Source: Octopus bimaculoides
Taxonomy: Eukaryota
Assembly: GCF_001194135.2 (NCBI RefSeq)
Contig: NC_068987.1
Location: 1,151,518 to 1,215,517, forward strand
Direction: 5' to 3'
DNA length: 64,000 nt
The notes under the pieces are model-generated. The model saw only the letters and a program-made list of their open reading frames with translations. It did no database searches and had not been told where the DNA came from. Made by a program: the position numbers and the translations under genes. This document shows positions 51,133 to 64,000 of this stretch, piece by piece (position 1 is the stretch's first letter; every line of letters starts with the position of its first letter).

Positions 51133-51286
51133 CTGGTGTAGCTGTGTAGTAAGTAGCCTGCTTACCAACCACATGGTTCCAGGTTCAGTTCCACTGCGTT
51201 GCACCTTGGGCAAGTGTCTTCTATAGCCTCGGGCCGACCAAAACCTGGTCAGTGGATTTGATAAACGGAAACTGAAAGAAGCCCAT

Positions 51287-51321
<35 letters not shown>

Positions 51322-51525
51322 ATGAGTATCTGTTTGTCCTCCCCCACCATCGCTTGACAACCGATATTGATGTGTTTATCTCGCCGTTACTTAGCAGTTC
51401 GGCAAAAGAGACTGAATGAGTACTAGGCTTACAAAGAATAAGTCCTGGGGCCGATTTGTTTGACTAAAAGCGCTGCTCTAGCATGGCCGCAATCAAAATG
51501 ACTGAAACAAATAAAAGGATAAAAA
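51133..51525 (+). mobile_element. Full-length family A SINE (tRNA head, CORE-like accttgggcaagt, internal microsatellite, LINE-like tail)
   Basis: ggtgtagctgtgtagtaag ... ggttcagttcc ... caccttgggcaagtgtcttc ... (TA)(TG) ... gcatggccgcaatcaaaatgactgaaacaaataaaagg. Confidence 0.85.
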
Positions 51526-51594
<69 letters not shown>

Positions 51595-52170
51595 TATATA
51601 TATGCATGTGAAATTGAATAGATAAGGATTTTTCTGTCTGTAGGTATGTGTATATCTACGTATATGCGTCTGAGTTTGTGTGAGTCTATGTGCAGGCTTG
51701 TGTGTGTGTGCACGAAAGAAACTGAAGTAGAAGAATATGGAAAGAAGGGAGAAAATATTGCAAAGTCACGTGTTCTGTCATATTTATTTGTTACTAAGTA
51801 ACCTCTAGATAACGAAAGAATGATAAAAAACGAGGACAGGGAAAAATCTCCCTACTACCTCTGGCTTATATTTCGCACATAATTAACCTTGTAGATTGCT
51901 GTGGGTCTTCTGGGAGGTTCCTAGATATGGAATACAATTAGCATTATTATGAATAAAACAGCTTTTTCCAACAAATGACTTGAAGGTTTAGCAGCAGGAG
52001 ACATTGCAAGAATCGGATAGCAACATTTAGATTTACCTCTTTATATGTATTTACTGGTAGACAATGTCTGTTTCATATTATTTTGCTATTTTTATCAATA
52101 AACAGAAATACATGCATACATACATACATGCATGCATATATGCATATCTACACAGATGCACACACACACA

Positions 52171-52210
<40 letters not shown>

Positions 52211-53714
52211 TATAACTATTCCTCTCTCTACATATCTCTCTCACTCACTTGCCCCCTCTAAATATAAACATACATACAAACACATATATATGCATAAACA
52301 CACGTACGCACACAAGAACACATATGCATATATACATAGATAGATATAAAGATGGAGAGAAAGATATCTTCATGTGTAGTTATATAAATGTATATTTACG
52401 TGTTTGTACGTATATATGTTTATTTCCCCATCTATTGCCTTCCTGGAAAACTATTTCAAGCAAAGCTATTTCATAATGATCTGTTCCATGATAAATCTAT
52501 CCTAAAGGATATAATGATATACATTTCTACTCTTTTAGTACACAAATCAATTACTACATGTGTGTGGTGCTTCAATAATGTTACATCAGTTTATGAGCTA
52601 TCTATATACCAAGTTAGTGTTAATACATTTAACACTGGCAATATCTGAAAGTTAACTACAAAACTCGAGCGAGGGAGTATATTAGTGCTTGACTAACATT
52701 TTATTTTCCTAATCTGATCGGGTAATTAGGCGGAATAACGTTTCACATGTTTCGGTGTAATTAGACTTCGTCAGATAAACAGACACTTCGCTGTATTTCC
52801 AAAATTTCCGAGAAGTGAAACACTGAATAAATGTGGAAGAAGACATGCATTGTTATATCTGGTTGTTTGCATGCATATATGCATGTGTGTGTGTGGATGG
52901 AAGGATGGATGAATGTATGAAGCATGAATGTATGTATGTTTGTATATATGTACGGACGTATGTATGTATGGTTATGCGTTTATGTACGTATGTATATATG
53001 CATGTATGTGCGCGTATGGCTGTATGCATATATGAAGTATGTATGTATGTTTGTGTACGGACGTATGTATAAATGCATGTGTATGTACGTACCTATATAT
53101 GCATGTGTGTGCGTATGTATGCGAGTGTATGTATGTATGTAGTATGTATGCATGTATGTCTGTATGCATGTATGTATGTATGTTCAGGCACGTGATGTGA
53201 ATAAGTCACAAAAATGACGAAACATCGATGTCTCTCATTCCTGAATGAGATTTGCGGCGAGTTGCTTACTTGTCTATGAATTTCAGTTTGTTGATACCCG
53301 GCGCTTTGAGAGAGGTGTCCATATCGTGCTAACCCGCAGCATACCGGCGAGCAAGCAGTTCTCATACATTGAGCATGTTTAGTGAATAATGTTTACAACA
53401 CTAGCGATGTTACTAATTCATATTTGGAAATGTACACACACACAGACACACACAAAGAGATGGGGTTTAGCTCACAAGTGATTAGGTACGCTAAGTAAGT
53501 GCTGTGGTAGATTCCTGGGGCTCCAAGGTTATAGCCGAGACGGCAGTTATGGAGCCATTGCAGAATTCCGATGCAGCGGATATATAAGTGTTAAAGAGGA
53601 CAAGAAAACATTATGGCAAGGTAAATATCTCAAGTCGTATACAATGTTATTATTGGAAAAAAATTGGAAAAATAAATTTCCAATAATAATATTGTATACG
53701 ACTTGCCTTAATGT

Positions 53715-53760
<46 letters not shown>

Positions 53761-56700
53761 NNNNNNNNNNCACACACCCACATATTCACATAGACACAAA
53801 CATACAGTTAAATGTTTGTCTTATGTCAAGGTACTTATAAAACCAATTTAGTAATAACATATGAGATTACCAAATACTTTTAAGTAGATTACATATGTAT
53901 TAAGGTTTTCGTGGTGAATGTTGACAGTGACCTCAAAGTTTGGGGTTGCTGACCGCAATCAGATTGTCACTAATGGGAAATGTACTAAGAATATTGTGTA
54001 ACTCCTCATTTTAATGTGAAAATGTTACAAGTCATTTTTAAAGTATGAATAATTTTTTGAAAGCGGTGCTCCAGCCTGGCCCTGGTCCAAAGACAGAGAC
54101 AAGAAAAAGTTAAGTAAAAAGCATATATAGGGAGAAAATCTTCCAAATGTCCGTAATACGTTATCTACCTGAAGAAACTTTCGTTCGGATAATATACAAT
54201 GGATAACATGACACAGTTATATGATTGTAATAGCAAGAGGCAGTTTCCTGCTAAAAGTTACTTGCAGTTATTGTTTAGCCCCAGGTCACTCTGACATCGC
54301 ATGTTTAGGATCAGAAAATCAATGAAATTGCCGCCTTTATTCTACTAGCAAATAGACTACACAATAAAAGGTATTCTTCGTTCTATTGAGGCTTAATTGC
54401 AGCGATATTTGGCTGCTATTTTTAGCAGAATGAGCACATATGCTTTCTGTGTTAACATTGTTAATCTTGTTGTTGTCGTTTACTCCAACATTCATCCTAA
54501 TCGAGGAAATATATAATTTAGCTGTGACAATTTTATATGATTGTATTTGGAGAAGCTACCTTATTTAATGTGTCCTTTCTGTTTTTCTTTTAATCAGAGG
54601 AGTGGTATTTGATGTACATTCAGCTGTTATTTCTAGTAAGCTGAACAACCACTTATAGGTTCCTGTGCTCTCGACTCGTGCTTTTGATATCTAGTTTTGA
54701 TTTTTTCAAAAGACATGCTTAAATCAACTTAACTGACAGCTTCTGTCTACGAAAGAAATTGTTATTATTCCTGATTGTCTTTGATATCTAATAACCATAG
54801 TTTCCAAGTATTCTTTATAGGAATGGAACAGTAAAAGACACAAAACCATACAACAGACATCGAACATATAAAAGCATTGTTAAATAAAGTAGAAAGCGAA
54901 GAATATGAAACATTTTAAATTTAGAATAATAACCAAATAATAAATTGTAATTAAAAAATAGACTAAGATAATTTATGTGAGTTTGGTCAAAAAGGTCTTC
55001 ACATCAGCGAGAGGTGAAATATCTTCTTCCTACTGTTTTTTATAGTTGTTTTGTATTTGTATTGTTTTGTTTTTACTATTTTATATATTTCGTTTCAACC
55101 ATAAAACTTTTATTTTTCTCCTTCCTTCCGAATAGAATTCAATGTGCTGAAGCGGGGTATAACGGCGCTTAAAATTTCTTGGCTAAATTAAGAAATTTTC
55201 AGCTGAATTGGTTTATGAAAGACATCAGTTCCTCATAGAATATTATAACTTTCTTTAGATTTACTTCCTTTCTTTTTCACTTTGTCTCTTCATTTTTAAA
55301 TATTGATTTCCAAAATTATATCAATCATTGATAACAATAACGAACAACAACAACAATGTACAACAACAAATCGGGAAAAAACAACAACCACCACCACAAC
55401 AAAAAAGAAATGTGATAATAAAGAGCTTGAATAACAACAATGATTTCACACATCGATATGAAAGCCACACATTTTAGGGGGAGAAGGCGGAGGTGTTGAA
55501 TCGATACAATCAACATCGCTATCTGATTGGTACATTTTTCATCGAACTTAATGGCAGGAAAAACTGAGCTGACTTCTACAAGGACGAAGTGCTCCACCAG
55601 CTCAGCAGACCCTCTTTTCTATTTGAGCCTATTGAATCCCTTCTCCAAACCGCAATCAGATAAATGAATAAATAAATAAATAAATCTGCTGATTACTAAT
55701 CTTGTCTGCGCATGCGCAACATTTTCAACTCGCTATCATCGTTCATCCTATTCTTCTCGGAAACTCTCCCTACCGGCCAGCTCACTTCCGGTTACCTTAC
55801 AACCATAACTTTTGGATAGAAATCCGTGGGATCATCTGTCTATTCCCTCTCCCCCAATAAAGGACTTCAACCCCAAGAAACAATGCGAGGTTTTGCATTC
55901 TTCACAGCAACTACGTTTACATAAGCAACCAGATTTATTATGAAAAATAAAACGCAACTTTGTCGGATCTAAGCCAAAAACTTGAAGAGATCCAATTCGC
56001 TATGCATAAAGTATCCCAGACAAGCAACAGATTGACAAATTTTATAAACCGTTTCAATGATTTCAAATATTCCTGGTGAAATTTCAAAATTTCCACCAGA
56101 CAAGAAAAGAAAATAGTAAAATACATTAACCAATAATTTAGATTTGATCCGACTCTGTCAGGATTTTAAGCATTTCGGAATACAATATATAGCATTAAAT
56201 CAGGCCACAGGAAGGATAGGAAAGAGGGTGTGAACGAGGAAGGAAGTAAAAAAGAGAGGGAAAGTAAAAGGCAGGCACAGGAAGAAAGAAGGATGGAGGC
56301 ATTTAGAGAAAGAGAGAGAGTGAGAGTGTAAGAAAGAAAAAGAATACAATGGCATCAGGAATGGAGTGAATGAAACGATGAAGAGAAGAATGGAAAGCAA
56401 CTTAAATGTTGCGAATAAGATTTCGAAGACAATACAACTTTAGACTTGATTCTCTTCCATCAAGCATTACTCACAAGAAATTAGTCAAAACTCTAAATGC
56501 CATTCGTTAATGACCTGAACAATAAACCATCTTGTTTTCACAGAAATAATTTCTTTTCACCTTCCGCCTATAATTTTCAGATGGACAAGAAGGAAACATA
56601 TTAATGGCTACCGAGGAATTATAACCGCCAAAAGTAAAAAGATCTTGTGCAACAAGAAATATGAACAAGGTGAAGCTACAAGTGAAGATTGTAAATATTT

Positions 56701-56966
56701 GGATAAAACAACAAATTAGTCAGTGGGTCACATGTTCTAGCTTCATGAAATTAAATAATATATAAATATTAATAAATAATATGATTACAATTTAATTGAC
56801 CATTGCATAAAGATTCGACATTGTTTACGATATCTATATGAAAATATTCAAAATCCAATTCTTAGTTTTGCCAAGATAAATGCAATACCAGAACTATCTT
56901 CTGTGTAACCATTGAAGATTACCAAATGAAGCTCATGTCTGTGATAAAGAAGGACGAGAAATTTTG

Positions 56967-57168
56967 TCGAAATATATATGGTAAATTTTTTGTGTAACAA
57001 ACGCACGATTTTCTTTAAGACCCCCCCCCCAAAAAAAAAACACACAAAAGAATTACCATATTAGGAAGTCAGGGTACTTGATTCCACGCAAAAATCCTAG
57101 CTTTTTTTTTTCTTAATGAAAAATCGTGCGGGCGTTATACCAAAAAATTTACCATATATATATTTCGA
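56967..57168. mobile_element. ~200-bp fold-back element (MITE-like) with ~55-bp imperfect TIRs
   Basis: tcgaaatatatatggtaaatttttt..taac..cgcacgatttt..ttaaga (56967-57020) is inverted at 57111-57168. No TSD was identified. Confidence 0.65.
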
Positions 57169-57190
57169 TTATGGCATGTAAAGAGTTCCA

Positions 57191-57234
<44 letters not shown>

Positions 57235-58027
57235 TGTGTAGCGAAAGCAGCTCTCTGAGAACTGAAGGAATAGGAACAAGATCAGCCAGTACAAGTCACG
57301 TTGATTCACAATGTTGTGATGTTACTCATAGAAATAATTCTACATGAAATTCCTTGATATACAGCCGAAACGATACTATACATGTAGAGAAGTCATTAAT
57401 AAAGGGAACAAAGAATTGCTTGGTATGATTATAACATACTCAATGTAAACTACACATAACACTCAAACAGAGCTTTATCTTTGAGGGTTAGGACCAATTT
57501 TAAAAAGTAACTTGCTCCAGCATGGCCTAAGCTATGAGGGTTAGAATTAAAGAATAGAATAATTAAGACCTCAGAGGCAATAATAAAATATCACACGTTA
57601 GGAAATATAATGAAATCGTAAAAAGACATTTATTAAACCTCTGGGTGATTAATTACTCGATAATCCTGATAGAAACTGTATCACTAGTTTCGACAGAAAC
57701 TGGAAACTAACCAACAGGAGGAAAGGAAATCAGTCGATAAGAATCTGACAAAAAAATAGTGAATATTGTCCTTCCAAACAATGTCCACAATTTCATTACA
57801 TCATTATCTGCATGATAACACAGAGGAAAATTGTAAATTATTAAATTTATTTTATTTAATCTGATTTCTGGAAATTTGCATTTATTTCTCTGTCTGTAAT
57901 CAATTTTCTTCGAAATTTTTTGACTACATGGGTATTGATCCACCTTTCAGGCGGTTCATCTATTTCTCTTTATTTGTCTGTCAGATTCTATCTGTATGTG
58001 TGTGTGTGCCTTTCTCTATTCACCCAA

Positions 58028-58062
<35 letters not shown>

Positions 58063-58536
58063 CATATATATATATATACACATACGTACATATATGAAAT
58101 ATAAGTTGGTTGGTTGGTTGATTTTTCCAGTCAGGTTTTGCATAATATAGACAGTACGGGAGAGGAGAATAAAAGAGAAATACAGAGTTGATACAAGAGG
58201 GGTAGCATGAGAGCACATACTTGGTTCGGAGGCAGAGATCAGGGGGTAAGAGAAGACGGAGACGAAAAGGAAGGAGGGGAGAAAAAGAAGAGGGGGAGAA
58301 AGTAAGAGGAAAGGACAATGTATTTAATTGAGAAGTCATACAATCAAGACATCTGTTTCATTTAATTTTGAAAATTAATATTCATTTCATCATTTTATAT
58401 AAGTAGCCAAAAATTTGATTAAAGTTAAATTTTAATCATTTTATGAACGCCATATTTCTCGATATTACCCATGGTAACAAAGGAAGATTTCTAAAGTTAC
58501 CTGTCTTATGGCAAGTAACGGTTAACACACCAGCAT

Positions 58537-58584
<48 letters not shown>

Positions 58585-58616
58585 TGCATGTATGTGTGTA
58601 TATATANNNNNNNNNN

Positions 58617-58668
<52 letters not shown>

Positions 58669-58758
58669 TGCATGTATGTGTGTATATATACATATATGCA
58701 TGCATGTATGTGTGTATATATACATACACGCATACATGCATGCATGGATACATATATG

Positions 58759-58791
<33 letters not shown>

Positions 58792-58801
58792 NNNNNNNNN
58801 N

Positions 58802-58835
<34 letters not shown>

Positions 58836-59221
58836 AACATATATATATGGCGCGTTATGAGAATTAATGGAAGAGTATCCCATAGAAACTCAAATTTGTT
58901 AAAAGTAGAGATGTTAAAATTTAAAAGAATTTTAATGCATGCATACGATCTTTTCAGACAGCGATATTAACATGTAAATACATGGTAGAATAATTAAAAT
59001 TAATTTCATTAAATTAAACTAATTGCATATCACTGTTCTCCTCACTGCAAGAAGTATACAACAAAAAATTACTCTTACAGAAAGCCTGAAGGAAAAAACA
59101 GATAGCAAATTCGGATATACATATTTTAAGCTTACGAAAAATTGAGAGCATACAAATAAAGGTGATTCTAGTTGTCTCAACAAGTTCACGGTGTGCCGCA
59201 CGTCTAGTGTCGAAGTAATCG

Positions 59222-59342
59222 AAGAGCAACGTGAGATGAAGTATTTTGCTGAAGAACACCATGCAGCATCACCCGGTCAAGGAACTGAAATCATGATTGC
59301 TAGATTGTGAGTGCAACACCCTAACCACCAAGCCATGCGCTC
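59222..59342 (-). mobile_element. Decayed family D-type SINE head
   Basis: Reverse complement: gcatggcttggtggttagggtgttgcactcac ... ttcttcagcaaaatacttcatctcacgttgctc. Confidence 0.7.
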
Positions 59343-59361
59343 ACAGACATGTACATATACA

Positions 59362-59600
59362 CAGTCATATTTCTTTATTGCCCGCAGGGAGCTAAACATC
59401 GAGGGGACAAAAAGGGACAGACAAAGGGATTAAGTGGATTACATCGATCCAGTGCGTAGCTGGTACTTATTTAACCGACCCTGAAAGGATGACAGGCAAA
59501 GTCGACCTCGGCGGAATTTGAACTCAAAATGTAACAGCAAACGAAATACCACTAAGCATTTCGCCCGGTGTGCTAAAGTTTCTGCCAGCTCGCCGCCTTA
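59362..59600 (-). mobile_element. Well-preserved family B SINE
   Basis: Reverse complement begins taaggcggcgagctggcagaaactttagcacaccgggcgaaatgcttagtggtatttcg...gagttcaaattccgccgaggtcgactttgcc. Confidence 0.9.
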
Positions 59601-61148
59601 CACACGCATATGGAACAGTGAGAATGTGTGCTCAACACCGCATTGGTGGATATTCTTTAACCAGGCTACCATTGGTTTCATGCTAAGAACGGGATATCAT
59701 AGAATTGAGTGTATGTTTATAAACTAACTTAATATACACATAAACATTTCAATTTTGCCTATCTCATTGTAAACTAAAAGAAATATTGAACGCGCACACA
59801 TATCTGTTTCTGTTATGTCTAACCTCTCTTTCCTTTCTTCTCTTGTTTCACCAAACAGATATAAATCATTTCCCAACAAATTCCTTTATTACGAACCGAA
59901 TTGATTCAATTAAAAAATAATAAAATTTAACAGCGAAAACAACAACAGCAATATAAATACAAAGGAAGCAAAATAATAAATCTATAAAAGACAAATGAAA
60001 CAAAAATGAAAATATAAAATACAAGAGATCAATCTCGAGGTTAAATGATCGATACGTAATTTGGCTCCGCACTATCTTTCCTCACTCACTGTTCAACTGT
60101 AAATATGACAACATTTCTGATTTTACTTAACGTTGCTGGTCTCAGCTATTGGCTTGGGGCCATGCTGGAGCAAAATTTTAAGAGTGTTGTAGTCTACTTA
60201 TCAGACATATTACTTATTTCAGTGTAATAATTCAATCATCGATTTACTATTATCGAACGATTAATATACAGCGGTCGTAAAGGGTGATAACGGAAATCCA
60301 ACATCAAAACCAGTTAACAGGTATAAATGTATACGCACAAGTACAAACGCACACTCTATATATAATTATATACGTGTAACTACCTAGTTATATAATGTGT
60401 CGCATTCCAGTGACACACGTGTTCAACAAATATACATTCACACACATAACAGTTGTTCAAACATGAAAAAACACAAGTCACACGTACAGAGAGGCATACA
60501 CAGATGCAAAAAAAACCCCCAAAAAAACTGATACTGCTGCTGTTGCGGATGGTGGTGGTGGTGACGATGACGATATGTTGCTATTTCTTCTAACATGCAA
60601 GGTCGAGTGGTAGTTTTATTCAAAGGATGTGATAATCGTTAGGGAGATGAGAAATCAAGAACGCTATACAGACATAAAAGCAGACACAGTTATTAAGAAC
60701 TATAAATTTTAAAGTGGTTCGATTATGTGTGTGGAGGTTGGTGAATGCAGATCTCTTCTCTGATGTTGTTCTCATTTTGTAAGTCATTCGTTCCCTCTTC
60801 TTTCATCGATTTCCATTCCTTCTCATTTCTCTTCCTTTTTACCCCACGTTGTCTATCACAGTCCATATTTAAAAAGTAGAATAAAATATTTAGTCTTTGT
60901 TGTTTAACAGATGACAATTCATTTATCTTAAGCGAATGCGTTATATGATAGTCTTTGAATGAAAAAATTTTATTCCGATGAAAAAATACATTTTTGAAGA
61001 CGCCTTCTCCCCTTTCCGAAATGTGTACCATCGCCACATTAATTAACAATAAGAAATAAGAGACAAAGTGCGTTTCTGTAACAGGATCAGATAAAAAGCT
61101 AAAAAAACTGTGTAATTAGTACGTCTTAGTGGTCAACAACCTCGGAAT

Positions 61149-61187
<39 letters not shown>

Positions 61188-61196
61188 TATATATAT

Positions 61197-61440
61197 AGTG
61201 AGCACTCCGTCGGTTACGACGACGAGGGACCCAGCTGATACGATCGTGAAATTAACTTCCAAGTGGCTGAGCACTCTACAGTATACCCTTAACGTAGTTC
61301 TCAGGGACATTCAGCGTGACAAGGTTCATCCATCGAAATACACGTGCTACTCATTTTTGGCAGCTGAGTGAACTGGAGCAACGTGAACAATAAAGTATCT
61401 TCCTGAAGGACTGACCCGTCACCGGGAATTGAACTCACGC
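61197..61440 (-). mobile_element. Family D SINE
   Basis: Reverse complement of the 22717 copy, with head gtgagttcaattcccgg (B box). Confidence 0.8.
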
Positions 61441-61442
61441 TT

Positions 61443-61882
61443 ACTGGTATGAATATCATCCAGAGCCAGCCGTTGAAAGTAAACATATGAATATCCTCTG
61501 GGGTTATCCCGTCAACACCGACAGAACGATCCAGGCTAATTGACCAGACAGGGAAGAAAATACTTAGACTAATAGATGTAAGTGTCCCAACTGATAAAAA
61601 TATATTTGTAAAGGAATTTGACTAATTAGGAGTAATTATAAGGACCTAGAAATTGAAATACAAAAGATGTTCCTGTTATTGCGGGTTCTCTAGGTATGAT
61701 AAGAAAGGGATGTCAGAAACATCTAGATAAGATCCCAGGAGAACCATGTCTCAGAGAAATTCAAAAGATTGTGCTGACAAGTACTGCCTAAATCCTTAGA
61801 AAAAACCCTATCAATTTAAATGTTTGTGTTGTATTACGTGTGTTTCGGGAACTGACTGTAACAAACATGCAAATTAAAAGTA

Positions 61883-61912
<30 letters not shown>
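61443..61912 (+). mobile_element. 3' end of an RLE-type (R4/Dong-like) LINE with (TAA)n tail
   Basis: YWYEYHPEPAVESKHMNILWGYPVNTDRTIQAN*PD...LIDVSVPTDKNI...YKDLEIEIQKM...AGSLGMIRKGCQKHLDKIPGEPCLREIQKIVLTSTA*ILRKTLSI*, then a short UTR and (TAA)n. Homologous to 15907-16453. Confidence 0.85.
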
Positions 61913-61913
<1 letters not shown>

Positions 61914-62479
61914 TAGATAGATAGATAGATAAATGTCTACTATATCTAATATTTAATATATAATAAATTTATAAGTATAACAGAGAGAAATTTGAAATAT
62001 TATTCCAAACAATAATCTGCTTATTTATTTCTTGACTGTTTAATAGAAACGTGCTGAGAATATTAACCTGGATTAATATATTGTATTTGTTGACAGATAA
62101 AGATCGATTGTTTAAAAACGAACTATTGATTTTTATCTAATGAGCTTGGTATTTCGTTTGATCTTATTTAACTTTTCACTTCACCCCCGCCATTGATTCA
62201 ACTGTACTTAATTTTTCTCCTGTGCACTTAGTGATCTTCCTTTAACTTATATACAATTACGTCGTCTATATACAACTCTTATGTTTTATGCGCCTTCATT
62301 GTTTAGCTTGCAATACGGTGTTATTTCCTGAAAAATTATTGCAATTTCTCCGACTCTGCTAGATACTGACAGCTTCCAAATATGCTCCCCTCGAAATCAC
62401 GAGCAAAAAAAACAATCGATTGTACTTAGTCTGATATTTAGAGTTCTTCAATTGTTCAACTGCGTTTATAAAACGATTC

Positions 62480-62880
62480 CGAAATATAAAAGAACTCCCA
62501 CATAACAGCTCCGGAAGATGCTGCATGCATTCCTCACTGAGTCTCTAAGATGATCTTCAAACACCTCCTTGATCTTGGCCTCCAGCTCGGGCTTGTTGTT
62601 GCAGGAAGAGCGGTTGGTGTCTTTGTCGACCACAGCCCAGACTTCGCAATACATAGAGTACAATCGCAAGAATTTTGAAACCGGAAGTTGCGGCTGATGA
62701 AAAAGAAATTGTCCGGCAGCCACTTCTGGCATTTTGCGGAGGTATGTCAAGGAGGGCCACATATGTTCCTCCAGAATACATTTGGCCCACCAGCAGTAAA
62801 CCTCCCTTGCCAGGGGTTGACCACATCTGCAGAAGCTTAATAGAGTCGTCTGAACTGAGACAAAATCTCTGTTCAAATGT
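62480..62880 (-). mobile_element. Decayed Tc1/mariner-superfamily transposase (maT/DD37D-like)
   Basis: VVNPW...HTSAKCQKWLPDNF... and ...EVWAVVDKDTNRSSCNNKPELEAKIKEVFEDHLRDSVRNACSIFRS across frameshifts. The subfamily call is inference. Confidence 0.75.
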
Positions 62881-63129
62881 GAATTCCGGCGTGCTGAGGC
62901 AGTTAGAACGCTAGCGGTATCCCTTCCTTCAGGCTTTTGCTTCATAGTCTCTTGTGCAGCTGTCCATATCACGTCATACATCTTTTATTGAGTTCACAGA
63001 GCATTGAGAAGTAGTCATAGTGTCGATATTTTCAGACCCGATGCAAATACAAGTAAACTTCTTCCAATATTCAGTTGGCCTCCCGTCTTCCATTTCAGCT
63101 AAATTCATCTCAACCACAACTGTAATCTT

Positions 63130-63260
63130 TATGTTCTCCAAAGCCGTTAACTGTTCACCTTATAAATCTTCAACTTTATGCTGACATCCACAAGGCAGCT
63201 GATTTCCACAACTGTGCACAGTTTCTCTTCTCTATCCCAAATCATTAAATCAGGTCTGTC
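63130..63260 (-). mobile_element. Fragment of an RLE domain from another non-LTR retrotransposon (CRE/NeSL/R4-like)
   Basis: RPDLMIWDREEKLCTVVEISCLVDVSIK fits the PD...E/D restriction-like endonuclease motif. Confidence 0.7.
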
Positions 63261-63739
63261 TGTTTGCATGTATGTATGTATGTGTGTGTGTGTGTATGTG
63301 TGTGTATATGCATGTATGTATGTGTATATGTGTCTGTATGTATGTATGTATGTATGTATTAAAGGAATTGTTATGTTCCAAATTAATATTTTTAATTATT
63401 GTTTTCATATTTGCATACTTACCTATTAGGTTTAGTTTGGAACAATAACAATCAAAATTTTAGTAATGTTGCCACTTTTCCCAATACAGAATACACACCT
63501 GAGTTTCCTTAATCGTGGATAAATTCATGCTAAGGTTTCTTTTAGACATATCCAGCCAATATCTATCATACACATCCCTCTCCTTACTAGCATGAGATGA
63601 AAACTTCTTTTGACAGCATGTAATTGTAGCATTATCACAAACTTCAGACCGGTCAACTATGTAAATATTTCATTCCATATGTGTGTGTGTGTGTGTGTAT
63701 TTTTATATATTGTTCAACAAAAAATTTTTGTGTTCTTTA

Positions 63740-64000
63740 ATGTTTTCACAATTCACCGTGTTGCAAATATGGTGACAGTTTTCACCTTGGAGATCTGGTT
63801 CTTCAAGATCCAGACTTCCTTTCGGTTTTCATCAACATCCATCATATGTCCATCCTGAAATAGCAGACCTTCCCTTCTACGTCCATCAAGAATACCTTGG
63901 TTCATGTTCGTTGTTTATGGAGTGAATGTTTTTTGGGGGATTGGATTGCTAGCCACATGCACAACTCTCCGGCTTTATCAACAGAACCTGGTCAGGATTC
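63740..64000 (-). mobile_element. Possible decayed RTE LINE 3' end
   Basis: RRVVHVAS...GILDGRRREG...MMDVDE weakly resembles RW.GHV.R...GRRRRGRP..W.D.V. Confidence 0.3.

Noticed and set aside
58560-58760. Triplicated tatatgcatgcatgtatgtgtgtata block
   Set aside because: Low-complexity sequence flanking 10-N gaps, probably microsatellite slippage or an assembly overlap.

Overview
AT-rich, microsatellite-saturated eukaryotic DNA from a short-read scaffold, with about 20 N-gaps totalling roughly 5 kb. The SINE families and simple-repeat load look like an Octopus (cephalopod) genome; this is inferred from recalled repeat families, not from a search. No host protein-coding exon could be recognised, so the window is probably intergenic or one long intron. 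Almost every entry in the ORF track is microsatellite, gap or antisense-transposon noise. Real content: decayed LINEs (Tx1/L1-like, RTE, CR1-like, and restriction-like-endonuclease Dong/R4-type tied to (TAA)n), Tc1/mariner and hAT derivatives, many tRNA-derived SINEs, several MITEs and a probable solo LTR. The most interesting signal is a set of short non-coding repeats that fold into minimal type I hammerhead ribozymes of the Penelope-like/retrozyme kind. One has a canonical core (23651-23743). One fully paired copy has a compensatory G3-C8 core swap (48468-48518, minus strand). Several decayed copies sit in inverted pairs. Also notable are a MITE carrying a perfect telomeric-repeat hairpin and a recursive-splice-like AG|GTAAGT site inside a donor-donor hairpin. 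All folds and translations were done by eye, and repeat boundaries are approximate unless a TSD is quoted.
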